Positions 20,768-30,576 of a stretch of DNA of 64,000 bases are shown in pieces. Each line of letters starts with the position of its first letter. The stretch's first letter is position 1. Source of the stretch: an uncultured Verrucomicrobiae bacterium. Lineage in GTDB: Bacteria > Verrucomicrobiota > Verrucomicrobiia > Chthoniobacterales > UBA10450. The stretch spans positions 61,054-125,053 of the forward strand of contig CAVYXA010000006.1 of NCBI GenBank assembly GCA_963772365.1. Direction: 5' to 3'. Below the pieces are notes generated by a model, which saw nothing but the letters and a program-made list of their open reading frames with translations, had not been told where the DNA came from and did not search any database. The translations under genes and the position numbers were made by a program.

Positions 20768-22426
20768 CTACTGCTGAGTCGATTTCGCCGGCGTCGGTTT
20801 GGGCGAAAACTTTGGCATGTTGCGGCGGACGCCGAATAGGTCCTGCACATCGAAGAACGCGATGTAAACCATGAACCCGATGATGATAACGGCGCAGGCG
20901 GTTTGTATGGCCTCGAGCACTCGCATGTTCACGGGACGCCGCCGCACGGCTTCGATAAGGGCAAGCAGGATGTGGCCGCCGTCGAGTACCGGAATTGGAA
21001 GCAGATTCAGCAGCGCCAGATTGACATTGAGCACGACGCTGAACCAAAGCGCCATGCGCCACCCTTCCTTGCTGGAAAGCATTTTGTAGTAAACCTGCAT
21101 CATCATGACCGGCCCGCTCATGTGCTGAAGGCGCACGTCCGATTTCGGAGAAGCGATCGCGCCGACGGTGTTAAAGATCGACAACATCGAGGCGCGGATC
21201 TGCTCGATTGGCCCCGGATGTTTCACCATCATGTTGCCGTATTGATCGAGCGTAACGCCGAAGTCTTCACCCCAGATGATTCCGATCCGCGCTGCAGTGT
21301 CGCCTTGCGGAACCTCAGGTGTGACTTTCACCTCGCGTTTCGCGCCGTCGCGCAGGATCGACATCGTCATCGCCTGGTTACCGTGTTGTTTGATGTAATT
21401 GGAAATGGCCAGCGTGCTGCGGGCGTTTCTTCCGTCCACGGCTAAAACGACGTCACCCGGTTTCAAACCGGCGGCAGCGGCAGGACTATCTTGAAAAACC
21501 GTGTCGATCTTCGGATTCCCCGGCTCGAACGGCAGCTGAATCCTCTTTCCATTCCGATCGATCGTAAGAGAGAGACGCTCATTGGGATGGGCCCGAATGT
21601 AGTCCGCGATCCCGAGCATTTCATAAACAGGGTGGCCGTTGATCGCCAGTATCTTATCGTTAGACCGCAAGTCCGCGTTCGCCGCCGGACTGCCTCGGTC
21701 GACTTTCGCAATGACCGGCGTTTCCGCCGGCACGATGCCAATTTCGCGAAAGCCTTTGCGCATCCATGGTTTCGTCTCGGGAACAATGGGACGCGCTTCC
21801 ACGGTTTTGGTTTCAGCGTGACCATTCACCATTCGCTCGAATGTGATCGGAATCGTCGCGCCTTCGCTTCGGACGATTCGCCATTGAATACTTTCCTCGC
21901 TCATCCCGCCAAAGCGGGTCACACGGTGATTATCGACAGATAAGATTCGGTCACCAGCCATCAATCCAGCTTTCTCAGCGGGAGAATCAGGCAGAACGTA
22001 CCCAATTGTCGTGGTAGCTTCCGATTCCCCAACGGGACGGCCTACCGTCCAAATAATCACTGCAAAAACTACCGCCAACAAAAAGCTGAACAGCGGCCCG
22101 GCAAACGCGACGATGATCTTGTCTAGCGCGGAGATCTTCGGCAATCGCGCTCGATCGACATCGGCTTTGCCCTCGATGATGTCCATCGGCGCCAGCTGTG
22201 GCAGAGCCACAAACCCGCCAAACGGCAGCGAGCCGAGCGAGTATTGCACGCCATTGATCGTCTTTTTCCAAATCGGTTTGCCGAACCAGACCCCGAATTT
22301 CTCTATGTAAAGTCCGCGCCAGCGCGCGGCGAGGAAATGGCCCAGCTCATGAACAACGATGAGCACGTTAAACAGAACCAGGACTTCAAGGACAATGAAG
22401 GCAACACGCGCGATGTGAAGAAGCAT
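20768..22426 (-). CDS. rseP: RIP metalloprotease RseP
   Basis: HELGH, PDZ domains, NLLPIPVLDGGH; directly after dxr. Confidence 0.92.
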   Translation of the reverse strand: MLLHIARVAFIVLEVLVLFNVLIVVHELGHFLAARWRGLYIEKFGVWFGKPIWKKTINGVQYSLGSLPFGGFVALPQLAPMDIIEGKADVDRARLPKISALDKIIVAFAGPLFSFLLAVVFAVIIWTVGRPVGESEATTTIGYVLPDSPAEKAGLMAGDRILSVDNHRVTRFGGMSEESIQWRIVRSEGATIPITFERMVNGHAETKTVEARPIVPETKPWMRKGFREIGIVPAETPVIAKVDRGSPAANADLRSNDKILAINGHPVYEMLGIADYIRAHPNERLSLTIDRNGKRIQLPFEPGNPKIDTVFQDSPAAAAGLKPGDVVLAVDGRNARSTLAISNYIKQHGNQAMTMSILRDGAKREVKVTPEVPQGDTAARIGIIWGEDFGVTLDQYGNMMVKHPGPIEQIRASMLSIFNTVGAIASPKSDVRLQHMSGPVMMMQVYYKMLSSKEGWRMALWFSVVLNVNLALLNLLPIPVLDGGHILLALIEAVRRRPVNMRVLEAIQTACAVIIIGFMVYIAFFDVQDLFGVRRNMPKFSPKPTPAKSTQQ

Positions 22427-22465
22427 GGGAATCGTAATTAGTGATCCGTCCGTGAAGCCAGCGCC

Positions 22466-22493
22466 GATTTAACGATTTAAGGATTTAACGAAT
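22466..22493. repeat. 8-nt periodic repeat (GATTTAAC) forming the dxr C-terminus and stop
   Basis: gatttaac gatttaag gatttaac gaat. Confidence 0.6.
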
Positions 22494-23632
22494 CTCGTTG
22501 CCTCAGCGCGCGCCCATTGATCGGCCCGCAATATGCCATCGAGATCGGGATGCGCAACGGCCGTATGTCGATCCATGACCTGCTGGACGGTCTGCCAGAT
22601 TTGCGGGAACCGCACTTGTCGATCCAAAAACGCCGCCACCGCAATTTCGTTGGCTGCGTTCATCACCGCGGGCATTGTCCCGCCTGTCTCTCCGGCGCGC
22701 CGGGCCAGATCCAGCGCGGGGAAATCATTGTAACGCGGCGTGAAAAATTCGAGCTTCGACAGTTTGGAGAAATCGAGCGGTGGCAATGTATTGGGAACTC
22801 GATCGGGCCAGGTGACCGCATACTGAATCGGGAAACACATGTCCGAATAACTCAGTTGGGCGAGAGTCGACCCATCCGCGAACTCGACCATCGAATGGAC
22901 AATGCTCTGCGGATGAATGACCACTTCGACGCGCTTCATTTCTACCCCGAACAGCCAGTGAGCCTCGATCATCTCCAGGCCTTTATTAAATAGAGTGGCC
23001 GAATCGATCGTGATCTTCGGCCCCATATTCCAAGTAGGGTGCTTCAGCGCTTGTTCGACCGTAACATCGACAAGTTCCTGCGATGGTGTGTTGCGAAAGG
23101 GCCCGCCGGAAGCGGTGAGGATAATCCGGCGAACGTCGTCTTGAACCCTTCCTTCCAGGCATTGAAAAATCGCGTTGTGCTCCGAATCGACCGGCAAAAC
23201 GTGGACTCTCTTGTCACGTGCTTCTCGCATCACAATTTCGCCGGCCATGACTAAAATTTCCTTGCTTGCGACGGCGAGATCTTTTCCGGCTTCAATCGCT
23301 GCCAGCGCGGGCCGCAATCCGCCGGTGCCAACGATTGCGATCAGGACCATGTCCGCGTTCGTTAAGCTGGCGATCTCTCGCAAGCCGTTTTCACCGGTGA
23401 AGATTTTCGGCTTGTACTCAAGATCGCTTCGCAGGATGTCGATCTTTGTTTCATCCACCAGACAAACTGCCTCGGCACGGGTCTGATTTGCGGCGGCAGC
23501 CAGCTTCTTCGCATTAGAGTTCGCCGCCAGACCTGCGATTTGCATTCGGTCCGGAATATCGCGCGCGACTTTCAGTGCACTCTCGCCGATCGATCCCGTC
23601 GCACCCAAGACGATCACCCGTTTACGTTTCAT
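22469..23632 (-). CDS. dxr: 1-deoxy-D-xylulose-5-phosphate reductoisomerase
   Basis: LGATGSIG, LPVDSEH, TASGGPF, HPTWNMGPKITIDSAT, NKGLEMIEA. Confidence 0.96.
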   Translation of the reverse strand: MKRKRVIVLGATGSIGESALKVARDIPDRMQIAGLAANSNAKKLAAAANQTRAEAVCLVDETKIDILRSDLEYKPKIFTGENGLREIASLTNADMVLIAIVGTGGLRPALAAIEAGKDLAVASKEILVMAGEIVMREARDKRVHVLPVDSEHNAIFQCLEGRVQDDVRRIILTASGGPFRNTPSQELVDVTVEQALKHPTWNMGPKITIDSATLFNKGLEMIEAHWLFGVEMKRVEVVIHPQSIVHSMVEFADGSTLAQLSYSDMCFPIQYAVTWPDRVPNTLPPLDFSKLSKLEFFTPRYNDFPALDLARRAGETGGTMPAVMNAANEIAVAAFLDRQVRFPQIWQTVQQVMDRHTAVAHPDLDGILRADQWARAEATRFVKSLNR

Positions 23633-24097
23633 TTTCTGACAGAATGAACAGAATAAACAAAATAGTCTAAAGAGACACCTGTTCTTGTTTTGGAATGCGG
23701 AACTTTTTCTTAAATCCAAGGCGTTCAGCTCCGAAATTCAAGAGCAACCTCTGATCGATCCGAGTGGCGATGAGGTAGTTTACAAGTTGAACTTCGTGTG
23801 CTTTCGCGAGCGATTGGATGGCTTTAAGTTCGACAATCAGCGAGTCGTTCACCAACAAATCAGCTGCAAAGGCGCCGACAAGCTGGCAGTCATAATGCAC
23901 ACTGATTGGTCTTTCCACTTCGGCCTTGAATCCGCCTTTTCGTAACTCCCAAATCAAAGCGTTCTGGTAAACCGACTCGAGAAACCCTGCTCCGAGAGCC
24001 GAATGCACCTTCATCGCTGCCCCGATGACTTGTCCGCACAGATCGTAGTTCTTTCTGATCTCCTCCATTCTGACCATTCTGTTAATTCTGTCAGAAA
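23633..24097. mobile_element. Putative mini-element: GxxExxY gene bounded by terminal inverted repeats
   Basis: Left arm TTTCTGACAGAATGAACAGAAT versus reverse-complemented right arm TTTCTGACAGAATTAACAGAAT (21/22); inserted between cdsA and dxr. Confidence 0.65.
23667..24077 (-). CDS. GxxExxY family protein (PD-(D/E)XK nuclease-like)
   Basis: VHSALGAGFLESVYQNAL, ADLLV...IVELKA, QLVNYL, LLLNFG. Confidence 0.92.
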   Translation of the reverse strand: MVRMEEIRKNYDLCGQVIGAAMKVHSALGAGFLESVYQNALIWELRKGGFKAEVERPISVHYDCQLVGAFAADLLVNDSLIVELKAIQSLAKAHEVQLVNYLIATRIDQRLLLNFGAERLGFKKKFRIPKQEQVSL

Positions 24098-24101
24098 GTC
24101 T

Positions 24102-25019
24102 TCACGGCACATGCAAGATCAGCCGCATGTAGAAAAACAAAACCGGCGCGGTGAAGAGCAGACTGTCGATCAAATCGAGGGCACCGCCGATTCCGGGTAG
24201 CATGTTTCCCGAATCTTTTACGCCGGTGCTGCGCTTGATCAACGATTCGGCCAGATCACCGACAACCGCTGCAAAACCGAGCAGCAACCCGAGAATCGTT
24301 GCGTGCGTCCAAGTCAGCATCGACAAGTGATCAGGCATTAGTTTGAACAATCCCAAACTGCACAAGAGCGCGAAAGCCAGACCGCCGAAAAATCCTTCCC
24401 AGGTTTTCTTGGCGCTGATCTGTGGCGTCATCTGATGACGCCCAATGACGCTTCCGGTCAGATACGCGCCCATATCACTGAATTTCGTGACCGCGATGAG
24501 ATACAGACAATAAAATTGTCCCGTCACAATACCCACCTCGGAGCGCGGCGTGAGGTAAACAATCTTGGTCGTAAAATTGAAAAGCCAAAGCACATACAGC
24601 AGACCGAACAATGTGTAAGCCATCGTCTTGAGTGGTTCATCGTGACGGAGACGGGCGAACATTTGCCGGGCAAACATGGTGAGCAGAAAAAAGAGCAGCA
24701 CCGCGATTTCAAAATCGTAGGAATGCTCCGGACCGCCCGGCTGGGAGAAGTAATAAAAACTCCCCGCCAACATCACCGCACCGCAGATCATAGCGGTGAT
24801 CTTGAAATTCGGCAGATGATCGTGATCGAGCATCCGGTAGAATTCCCAAAGCGCGATCAGCCCGAACGCGCTAATCAACAGCCAGAATAAGACCTCATAG
24901 CCTGAAAACGCGATAAAGAGCGCGATCGCCCAAAGAGAGACCGTCGATAAAAACCGCAACACGAAAACCGCTCGGCGCGGCTTCGTTATCGGCTCGGATT
25001 GCTCAAGGGTCACAGACAT
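24102..25019 (-). CDS. cdsA: Phosphatidate cytidylyltransferase
   Basis: SDMGAY, ISAKKTWEG, GDLAESLIKR, KDSGNMLPGIGGALD. Confidence 0.93.
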   Translation of the reverse strand: MSVTLEQSEPITKPRRAVFVLRFLSTVSLWAIALFIAFSGYEVLFWLLISAFGLIALWEFYRMLDHDHLPNFKITAMICGAVMLAGSFYYFSQPGGPEHSYDFEIAVLLFFLLTMFARQMFARLRHDEPLKTMAYTLFGLLYVLWLFNFTTKIVYLTPRSEVGIVTGQFYCLYLIAVTKFSDMGAYLTGSVIGRHQMTPQISAKKTWEGFFGGLAFALLCSLGLFKLMPDHLSMLTWTHATILGLLLGFAAVVGDLAESLIKRSTGVKDSGNMLPGIGGALDLIDSLLFTAPVLFFYMRLILHVP

Positions 25020-25052
25020 GGTCGTCCATCATCCTGACCGGAGACAATTTTG

Positions 25053-25125
25053 TCCACAGATTACGCAGATTTTCCTGCTTGGAATTCCAAATCACGAATC
25101 TGCGTGAATCTCGGAAATCTGCGGA
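25053..25125. repeat. Gene-less inverted repeat of 9-10-nt units (CGCAGATT)
   Basis: tccacagattacgcagatt ... aatctgcgtgaatctcggaaatctgcgga. Confidence 0.65.
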
Positions 25126-25137
25126 TATTCTGCGCTC

Positions 25138-26181
25138 ATGCAGAAAACGATGAAAGCCATCGTGAAATCAAAGGCCGAGCCTGGACTTTGGCTCGACGAT
25201 GTGCCGGTGCCGGAAGTGAAAGGCGACGATGTCCTGATTCGGGTTCGCAAAACATCCATCTGCGGAACCGACGTACACATTTACAACTGGGATGAGTGGG
25301 CCCAGAAAACGATTCCGGTACCGATGACGATTGGCCATGAGTTTGTTGGCGTTGTCGATCTTGTTGGCGATCATGTCAAAGGTTTTGCCAAGGGCGATCT
25401 GGTCGTGGGCGAAGGCCACATCACCTGCGGTCATTGTCGGAATTGCCTTGCTGGCCGGCGCCATCTTTGTCCAAACACACAGGGCGTGGGAGTGAACCGG
25501 CCCGGTGCATTTGCCGAATTTGTCGCCATCCCGCAGGACAACTGCTGGCATGCCGATCCGTCAATCTCGCTCGATGTTCTTTCCTGTTTCGATCCGTTAG
25601 GCAATGCAGTGCATACGGCGCTTACTTTCGATCTCGTTGGTGAAGATGTGCTCATCACCGGCGCCGGGCCGATCGGCTGTATGGCCATCCCGATCTGCAA
25701 ACACGCCGGGGCGCGTCACGTCATGATCACCGATGTGAATTCGTATCGGCTCGACCTCGCCCGGAAAATGGGCGCGACGGTCGCCCTGGACGTGCGCGCC
25801 GAGAAAGTCGCCGATGCCATGCACAAGCTCGGAATGAAAGAAGGTTTCGATGTCGCGCTGGAGATGTCGGGCAATCCCAAAGCGTTTGCCGATATTTTGC
25901 CGAACATGTTTCACGGAGGGAAAATCGCACTGCTGGGGATCATGCCCGGAAGCGCTGCTATCGATTGGAACACTGTCGTGTTCAATCAACTGACCTTGCA
26001 GGGAATTTACGGTCGCGAGATGTATGAAACCTGGTACAAAATGACCGCGCTGATCCAGAGCGGAGTTGATATTTCGCCAGTGATCACTCATCGCTTCCCC
26101 TCCACCCAATTCAAAGAAGCGATTGAGCTGATGAAATCCGGTAACTCCGGCAAGATCGTGCTGGATTGGAGCGAACGTTAG
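25138..26181 (+). CDS. tdh: L-threonine 3-dehydrogenase
   Basis: [41 protein letters not shown]. Confidence 0.95.
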   Translation: MQKTMKAIVKSKAEPGLWLDDVPVPEVKGDDVLIRVRKTSICGTDVHIYNWDEWAQKTIPVPMTIGHEFVGVVDLVGDHVKGFAKGDLVVGEGHITCGHCRNCLAGRRHLCPNTQGVGVNRPGAFAEFVAIPQDNCWHADPSISLDVLSCFDPLGNAVHTALTFDLVGEDVLITGAGPIGCMAIPICKHAGARHVMITDVNSYRLDLARKMGATVALDVRAEKVADAMHKLGMKEGFDVALEMSGNPKAFADILPNMFHGGKIALLGIMPGSAAIDWNTVVFNQLTLQGIYGREMYETWYKMTALIQSGVDISPVITHRFPSTQFKEAIELMKSGNSGKIVLDWSER

Positions 26182-26191
26182 TCACGACGCA

Positions 26192-26761
26192 ATGAACGCG
26201 AAGGATGTAACAGCGATTATTCGCGAAAAGGCTTCCGAAGCCGCACGAGCGGGCGCCACGCAAGTTCCACTTTCAAACCTTCGGCTACTAATCGACCAGA
26301 TTGATCGAAATACGTCAGCCGACCCCGCGAAAACACCTTTCGGCCTACTTTTCAATGCAAATCATGAAACTGCGCTCGCCAAGTATCGGGTTCGCACGGA
26401 CTTCGCCTTGGAGCACTTCAAGTCCGTAATAGCGGTCGGTCAAACAGCGCTAAAATCGATGTTTCTAATAAATGGTGGTGCTGCAGTCGCGGTTCTTGCG
26501 TTCGCAGGCCACTTAGCAACGTCGTGTGAAACCGCAGTCGTCCAAACATTGGCTTTTCCGCTCGCTTGTTTTGTTACTGGTTTGCTGTTCGTCACGGTTG
26601 CCTCCGGGTTGACGTATCTTGCACAACGCGCCTATGCGAGAAGGCTACGCGGACGAGGTAATCGGCTAAACGCGGCAATCATTACTGCGGGCGCGCTCTC
26701 TGTCGTTGCCTTCGCAGTTGGATCTTGCCTTGCGTACCTAGCGCTTGCGAAGTTTTCGTAG
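26192..26761 (+). CDS. Hypothetical membrane protein (LINGGAAVAVLAF motif)
   Basis: 189-aa ORF with three C-terminal hydrophobic segments. Confidence 0.6.
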   Translation: MNAKDVTAIIREKASEAARAGATQVPLSNLRLLIDQIDRNTSADPAKTPFGLLFNANHETALAKYRVRTDFALEHFKSVIAVGQTALKSMFLINGGAAVAVLAFAGHLATSCETAVVQTLAFPLACFVTGLLFVTVASGLTYLAQRAYARRLRGRGNRLNAAIITAGALSVVAFAVGSCLAYLALAKFS

Positions 26762-26825
26762 ATCGGGACTAAGGTTGATCTAAAAAATTACGAGCACGCG
26801 GTTTGCTTTCGTCGCGGCCTCCCAC

Positions 26826-27059
26826 CTATTGCTTTACGAGTTTCGCAACAGGCAAGCCAGTGGCAATTGTCCCGTTTTGGTCACCGATCGCCCGTAGTTG
26901 CCTCTGCACCTCTTGAATAGCGTTCACTAGATCGCGTGTGAAGAGTACTACGTCGACCTCTACTTCTCGCCCGCCTATGTTCAGTTTCACGCGGGCAGTT
27001 GCATGTTCGGATTGCTCCATTGCTGGCACGGGAAGATTTTCAGCAGTAATCGTGCTCAT
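26826..27059 (-). CDS. Small hypothetical protein coupled to the upstream gene
   Basis: ATGA overlap with the 27056-27931 stop. Confidence 0.5.
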   Translation of the reverse strand: MSTITAENLPVPAMEQSEHATARVKLNIGGREVEVDVVLFTRDLVNAIQEVQRQLRAIGDQNGTIATGLPVAKLVKQ

Positions 27060-27931
27060 GATCGTTGAGTTAAGCTAGCGCTGTTTTTGGCAATTTCCTC
27101 AATCGGGCGATGAATTCCATCGGCGATTCCCAAAAGTAGATCGACGTCGAAGAATCGCTTAAAAACGTTAAGACGATTGCTGTCGATACAAAGAAATCCG
27201 ACAACCCGATCTTTTGCCGTTTCGCGAAGCGAACAAATCGGAGCCACTATTGTACTGCGGTAGGGAAGGGGCCATCGGATGTATCGAATTATCGAACGTT
27301 CTTCACTGAAAGAATCGTGACCATATCGTTTGAAACTCGTATTCCGATATCCATAGTGGAACGGAAGACGGTTCCCGAGAAAGTATCGCTGTCCGCCGTG
27401 ATGAAATCGTTCCAAGATCATTACAAAGTCGGAGTTTTCTTCCACCCAATGAATGATTTTCGGATCTCCGATCGGCCTTGAGTGAAGGCTCTCTGTATCC
27501 CGGAATGCAGTGTCTGCAGCCAGCCGCTTTGTTCCGTGCCCATCTGTGCGCCAACTAAGCACTTTAATGCAACATGCGCACTTTGCTCCAGTGATCGTCG
27601 TGTAGGCTTTGGCGATATGATCACAAAATATATTCAAATCCGCTGAGACCTGTGAAAGGTTCAGATTTCGCGAATCTAAACCATGAACGAAACTAAAGGC
27701 CAGGTTGATTGAGGACAAGGCCGACCCATACTTCGCTGCCCTGCTTAGCGTCGCTTTGTTATAGAGCGATTCCACAAAGAACCACGCGGCAAAACAAGAA
27801 ATTACAACCAAACCGATCTTGGCTTCGGCATTTGCGAATTTCCACAAGTTTGCAATCAGCGTGAAAATCGCAATTAAGCCTGCGACAAGCCCAATTGCCG
27901 AAATAATGTAGTCACGAAGTATCCTGTACAC
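27056..27931 (-). CDS. Two-TM membrane protein with GAF-like cytoplasmic domain
   Basis: Two N-terminal TM helices; YRSTIVAPI...VVGFLCIDSNRLNVF; AT-richer than its neighbours. Confidence 0.6.
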   Translation of the reverse strand: MYRILRDYIISAIGLVAGLIAIFTLIANLWKFANAEAKIGLVVISCFAAWFFVESLYNKATLSRAAKYGSALSSINLAFSFVHGLDSRNLNLSQVSADLNIFCDHIAKAYTTITGAKCACCIKVLSWRTDGHGTKRLAADTAFRDTESLHSRPIGDPKIIHWVEENSDFVMILERFHHGGQRYFLGNRLPFHYGYRNTSFKRYGHDSFSEERSIIRYIRWPLPYRSTIVAPICSLRETAKDRVVGFLCIDSNRLNVFKRFFDVDLLLGIADGIHRPIEEIAKNSASLTQRS

Positions 27932-28079
27932 TCTGAGGGAAACCCGAGATTATTGATTCGAATGAATTTTAGGTTGCCCTAAAGTGTTCAACTCATCGCC
28001 AGAAAAGGTCAAGACAAATGGCATGCACTAAAAAAACGCCAATGTTTGCGGGTGAGACACCTGCCTCTACACTTCCGGC

Positions 28080-28670
28080 GTGAATGACAAAGGGGGCTGG
28101 CAAACAATTTCGAGCGAGGAGCATTTTGCCAATCCTCATCTCAGAGTTGTGACCAATCAGGTAAAAACACCGAGGCGTTCCAAGGCGCGAACCTGGACTG
28201 TTGTGCATCGTAAAGCGGCTGTAATCGTCGCGCCCATGACCAGGGACGGAAAAATTTTGCTGATCCAACAAGAGCGCGTTCCGATTCGCGATTGCATTTG
28301 GGAAATGCCCGCCGGTCAGCTCGACAATGACGAGACGAACGACGACGAGATCAAAAAGGTGGCCCTTCGCGAATTGCGGGAGGAGACCGGTTATGAATTG
28401 GCTGAAGGCGGCGAGATTGTCGATCTCGGCCGTTATTTCTCTTCGCCGGGGTTCACGGATGAATTTGGCTATCTTTTTCTGGCGCGTCCGGTGGAACGCT
28501 CCAGCTGGGGCGGCGCCCAGGAGGAGACGGAATCGATTCTCGACTGCCGCGCCTTCACCATTCCGGAAATTCGGCGGATGATCTCGGATAACGAGATTCG
28601 CGATGCCAATACTCTCGGAATGTGCGCCCGGCTGGCGGCGCGCGGTTACATCTCGCTTGCGCCGCGCTGA
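28080..28670 (+). CDS. NUDIX hydrolase (ADP-ribose pyrophosphatase-like)
   Basis: WEMPAGQ...ALRELREETGY Nudix box; SSPGFTDE. Confidence 0.9.
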   Translation: MNDKGGWQTISSEEHFANPHLRVVTNQVKTPRRSKARTWTVVHRKAAVIVAPMTRDGKILLIQQERVPIRDCIWEMPAGQLDNDETNDDEIKKVALRELREETGYELAEGGEIVDLGRYFSSPGFTDEFGYLFLARPVERSSWGGAQEETESILDCRAFTIPEIRRMISDNEIRDANTLGMCARLAARGYISLAPR

Positions 28671-28675
28671 TTGCA

Positions 28676-29479
28676 ATGGTTCTTCGCGACATCTTTAAAT
28701 TCCGCGAGTTGCCCGAGAGCGAAACGTCCAAGCCGTTCCTGGAACATCTGGAAGACTTGCGTTGGACCATCGTGAAGATGGCCATCACGATGGTGGTCGC
28801 GATGGTTATTTGCTTCGCCTTTCGCGCTTTTCTTGTCCGGATCATGCAAGCACCTCTGCAGGAAGTGGGATCGCAAGTTGGCACGCTCAAGGCCCTCGGC
28901 ATCACAGATTCGATCGTGATCTCGTTTCATCTCGCGTTTTATGCCGGGATCGTTCTCTCGTTCCCACTTCTTCTCTATTTCGTGGCGGAATTTATTTTGC
29001 CGGCGCTCACGATTGTGGAGAAACGTTTTTTGCTTCCCGCGATTTTCGTAAGCTTCGCGCTTTTTCTGACGGGCGTTGTAATCTGTTATTTCTGGCTCTT
29101 GCCCAAAACGATTCTCTTTTTCTTTCGTGACACGCAATCGCTCGGGTGGGCGCCGACCTGGACGGTGCAGCAATATTATTCGTTTGTGACGCGATTTACT
29201 CTGGGATTTGGTCTGGCCTTCGAGCTGCCGGTGATCGTTTTGGCTTTAGTGAAATTCAGGTTGCTCACCTATAGATTCATGGCCCGCACTCGGCCGTATG
29301 CGATTGTTCTCATCTTTATTGCGGCAACCATCATTACGCCTACTCCAGATATCCTGACCCTGATTGCAATGAGTCTGCCAATGTGTCTTCTCTATGAGAG
29401 TTGCATCTGGATTGCCTGGTTTATGGAGCGACGAAGATCGACATCAGCCCATTTGGACTCTTCCGGCCCCGTTTCATGA
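28676..29479 (+). CDS. tatC: Twin-arginine translocase subunit TatC
   Basis: PFLEHLEDLR, FGLAFELP, IITPTPD, LLYE. Confidence 0.92.
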   Translation: MVLRDIFKFRELPESETSKPFLEHLEDLRWTIVKMAITMVVAMVICFAFRAFLVRIMQAPLQEVGSQVGTLKALGITDSIVISFHLAFYAGIVLSFPLLLYFVAEFILPALTIVEKRFLLPAIFVSFALFLTGVVICYFWLLPKTILFFFRDTQSLGWAPTWTVQQYYSFVTRFTLGFGLAFELPVIVLALVKFRLLTYRFMARTRPYAIVLIFIAATIITPTPDILTLIAMSLPMCLLYESCIWIAWFMERRRSTSAHLDSSGPVS

Positions 29480-30570
29480 GCGATCAAAGCTACCGGATTA
29501 TTTTTGACCTGTTCGCGTTTGTGCTCGGCGCGGCCATCGGTTCGTTCCTGAACGTCTGCATCTATCGATTACCGCTCGAACTCTCGATCAATAAACCGCG
29601 CCGATCGTTTTGCCCCAACTGCAAGCAACCGATCCCATGGCATCAGAATTTACCTTTGATCAGTTGGCCACTACTCCGCGGTCGCTGCACTTATTGCGGC
29701 GTTCGGATCGCCTTTCGTTATTTTGCCGTCGAGCTTCTCACGGCCCTGCTGTTTCTGGCCATCTGGAAAGCTTTTCCCTGGCAAATCGCGATCGCCTATT
29801 GGGTCTTTGTTTCGCTGATTGTGATCGGCACGTTCGTCGATGTTGAGCATTTCATCATTCCTGATCAGATCACGATCGGCGGAACTGTGGCAGGAATCTG
29901 CGCCAGCCTGGCAGTGCCAGCTTTGATGAATACCGATTCGCGTGTGGCTGCGTTGGTCCGATCGGTTCTCGCCGCCGCGCTCGGTTATGTGATTCTCCTG
30001 CTCGTTCTGGAAGCCGGCAAAATCGCTTTTGGGAAGAAACGGGTCCAGCTCGATGCGCCGACCCCGTTTACCTGGAAGCGTCAGGGCGATGATGCCGAAT
30101 TCGTCGTCGGCAGTGAACAAAGTCTGTGGAGCGATTATTTCGCGCGGGAAACAGATCGATTACTGCTCTATTGCGACGAAGCGAGGATCGACAATCAAAC
30201 TTTTGGCAGCACGACGCTGGAATTCCACTACGACCGCGTCGCAGCGGAAGGAGAGAAATTGGTTCTCGACAATGTGAAGGAAATCACCGGCGTCGTCCGG
30301 GAGCTTCAGATCCCGCGCGAAGCGATGGGGCGCGGGGATTTGAAATTTCTCGCTGCAATAGGCGCATTCCTCGGATGGCGTGCCGTCTTGTTCAGCGTCT
30401 TTGCCGGGTCGTTGCTGGGCTCGTTAGTCGGCCTTTTTACTCTCCTGGTGGGAAAGCGAGTCTGGTCGGCCAAGTTGCCGTTCGGCCCATATCTTTCATT
30501 CGGCGCTCTTGTCTGGATGTTTTTTGGAAATGATTTTGTCCGGTGGTATCTCCGATTATTGAATCCCTGA
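29476..30570 (+). CDS. pilD: Prepilin peptidase A24 with internal soluble insertion
   Basis: GSFLNVCIYRLP, RSFCPNC, RGRCTYC, MGRGDLKF, LPFGPYL. Confidence 0.88.
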   Translation: MSDQSYRIIFDLFAFVLGAAIGSFLNVCIYRLPLELSINKPRRSFCPNCKQPIPWHQNLPLISWPLLRGRCTYCGVRIAFRYFAVELLTALLFLAIWKAFPWQIAIAYWVFVSLIVIGTFVDVEHFIIPDQITIGGTVAGICASLAVPALMNTDSRVAALVRSVLAAALGYVILLLVLEAGKIAFGKKRVQLDAPTPFTWKRQGDDAEFVVGSEQSLWSDYFARETDRLLLYCDEARIDNQTFGSTTLEFHYDRVAAEGEKLVLDNVKEITGVVRELQIPREAMGRGDLKFLAAIGAFLGWRAVLFSVFAGSLLGSLVGLFTLLVGKRVWSAKLPFGPYLSFGALVWMFFGNDFVRWYLRLLNP

Positions 30571-30576
30571 GGGTCA

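Noticed and set aside
26176..26192. Cassette junction GTTAGTC before the 26192 ORF
   Set aside because: It is the tdh stop codon context, an imperfect core site, and no attC follows the gene
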